DNA of 64,000 nucleotides from Cirrosporium novae-zelandiae (Eukaryota): NCBI GenBank assembly GCA_026023565.1, contig JAPETS010000036.1, positions 248,001 to 312,000 of the forward strand, read 5' to 3'. Shown piece by piece: positions 62,926 to 64,000 of this stretch (position 1 is its first letter; each line of letters starts with the position of its first letter). The notes under the pieces were generated by a model. It saw only the letters and a program-made list of their open reading frames with translations, ran no database searches and was not told where the DNA came from. The position numbers and the translations under genes were made by a program.

Positions 62926-64000
62926 CTATGCACCACTCTGCACGCCTCCCATTCCAATTCCCCCCAAACTTCCAATATCACTCCCCTGACTCCCCCAAAG
63001 CCCAGCCCCCATAGAACTATCCATAAGCTCCATAACGGCATCGTCCATGAAGAAGCTGCTCAGACCACCCTCATCGAGTGTGAGCCCTAGCGCCTGTTCG
63101 AAAGCTATTTCTTGTTCGTCGCCCATGGGGAATTCGGTATAGCTGGGTTGACCGCCTGTCATGGGGTATGATGATGTATTTGTTGTGGGGACGCCGGTGT
63201 AGAAGTTTGGCCAGTTTTGAGGGGCCGTAGTGTTGCTTGGGGTCATTGGGGCCGTAGCGACTGGGTTTGGAGTTTGGGGTTGATTTTGGTTTTGGGGCGA
63301 TTGTTGTTGTTGTTGTTGCTGTTGTTGCGAGGATCGGCCGTTGCCGGTTGCAACTTCACTTAAAAGATGTAACGGCGTCGAGCGGTTAGGGCCGTTAGAA
63401 TTGGATCCTTTGCTTTGATCCGGGCTCTTCATGCCACCGGGGGTACGGAAAAGTTCAGGAGCGATAGGCGTAGATACACCGTTTGAAGAAATGGTAGCTG
63501 TTGTAGATGACGCACCAGGGGTAGCATCTGGTTTGTTTTGTGGCGAGCCAGCAGCAGTTACCAGTTGGGTAACGATATTTCCGTCTTTGCTGGGACCACT
63601 AGTAGGTAGTTGACCTCCAGGTCGTCCAGTTTTCTGCTTGTCAAACCATGCCTTGAGCATTTTAAGGACCATGGAGAATTTTGCAGCGGGCCTACACTTT
63701 CCCTCCTCGGCAGCCTTGGCGAAGAAGTCCATGAGTTTGTCCATATACTGTTCCATCTTTAGGTCATCTTTACCGATGACTTTTCCGACCTCGTATTTTG
63801 GTGTAGTAACGGCAATGTACAATTTGTTAAGTAGAACAATGGCATATGCAACGCGGACGAAATGAATGGTAGGTATAGAACGAACAATCTGCATGGGCAG
63901 TGAAAGGAAGGTATCAAACATATCATGCATCGTTGTAAGGCATATTGTCAGTGCGTCAAGGTGCGCCGAAGACAAGCGGTCGGTTTGAGGTGCAGCTTCA
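62926..64000 (-). CDS. C-terminal part of a probable Zn(II)2Cys6-type transcription factor (5' end outside window)
   Basis: CLTTMHDMFDTFL...FVRVAYAIVLLNKL...KFSMVLKMLKAWF, then TPLHLLSEVA, a poly-Q tract and an acidic tail; the DNA-binding domain is not in the window. Confidence 0.7.
   Translation of the reverse strand, partial: EAAPQTDRLSSAHLDALTICLTTMHDMFDTFLSLPMQIVRSIPTIHFVRVAYAIVLLNKLYIAVTTPKYEVGKVIGKDDLKMEQYMDKLMDFFAKAAEEGKCRPAAKFSMVLKMLKAWFDKQKTGRPGGQLPTSGPSKDGNIVTQLVTAAGSPQNKPDATPGASSTTATISSNGVSTPIAPELFRTPGGMKSPDQSKGSNSNGPNRSTPLHLLSEVATGNGRSSQQQQQQQQQSPQNQNQPQTPNPVATAPMTPSNTTAPQNWPNFYTGVPTTNTSSYPMTGGQPSYTEFPMGDEQEIAFEQALGLTLDEGGLSSFFMDDAVMELMDSSMGAGLWGSQGSDIGSLGGIGMGGVQSGA

Overview
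Intron-rich genomic DNA from a filamentous ascomycete (Pezizomycotina-type genes, GT-AG introns with CTRAC branch points). I spliced about 24 protein-coding loci by eye. Recognisable genes: a Upc2-like Zn2Cys6 TF next to an RTA1 gene, a divergent DHN-melanin pair (scytalone dehydratase + hydroxynaphthalene reductase), a divergent FAD monooxygenase + SAM methyltransferase pair, an MBL-fold hydrolase with a GC-AG intron, ADE1, a CBM1-GH5 endoglucanase, a siderophore MFS transporter, a DUF1772/anthrone oxygenase, a glutamate carboxypeptidase II homologue and the 3' part of a Zn2Cys6-type TF. Four loci are clear pseudogenes (NACHT NLR, GH106 rhamnosidase-like, SRPK-like kinase, F-box protein). The most novel items are: (i) two tandem IFI27/ISG12-like membrane-domain genes, one fused to a catalytically dead kinase C-lobe; (ii) a tail-anchored protein with a PemK/MazF-like N-terminal domain; (iii) a three-member zinc-finger family with a shared intron and a conserved W-x4-W-x4-N-x-C motif; (iv) a 54-bp hAT-like MITE with perfect 22-bp TIRs and an 8-bp target-site duplication; (v) four microsatellite-dense islands that each begin at a gene 3' end. 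No rRNA, tRNA or CRISPR features were recognised. Family assignments come from motif recall, not database searches.
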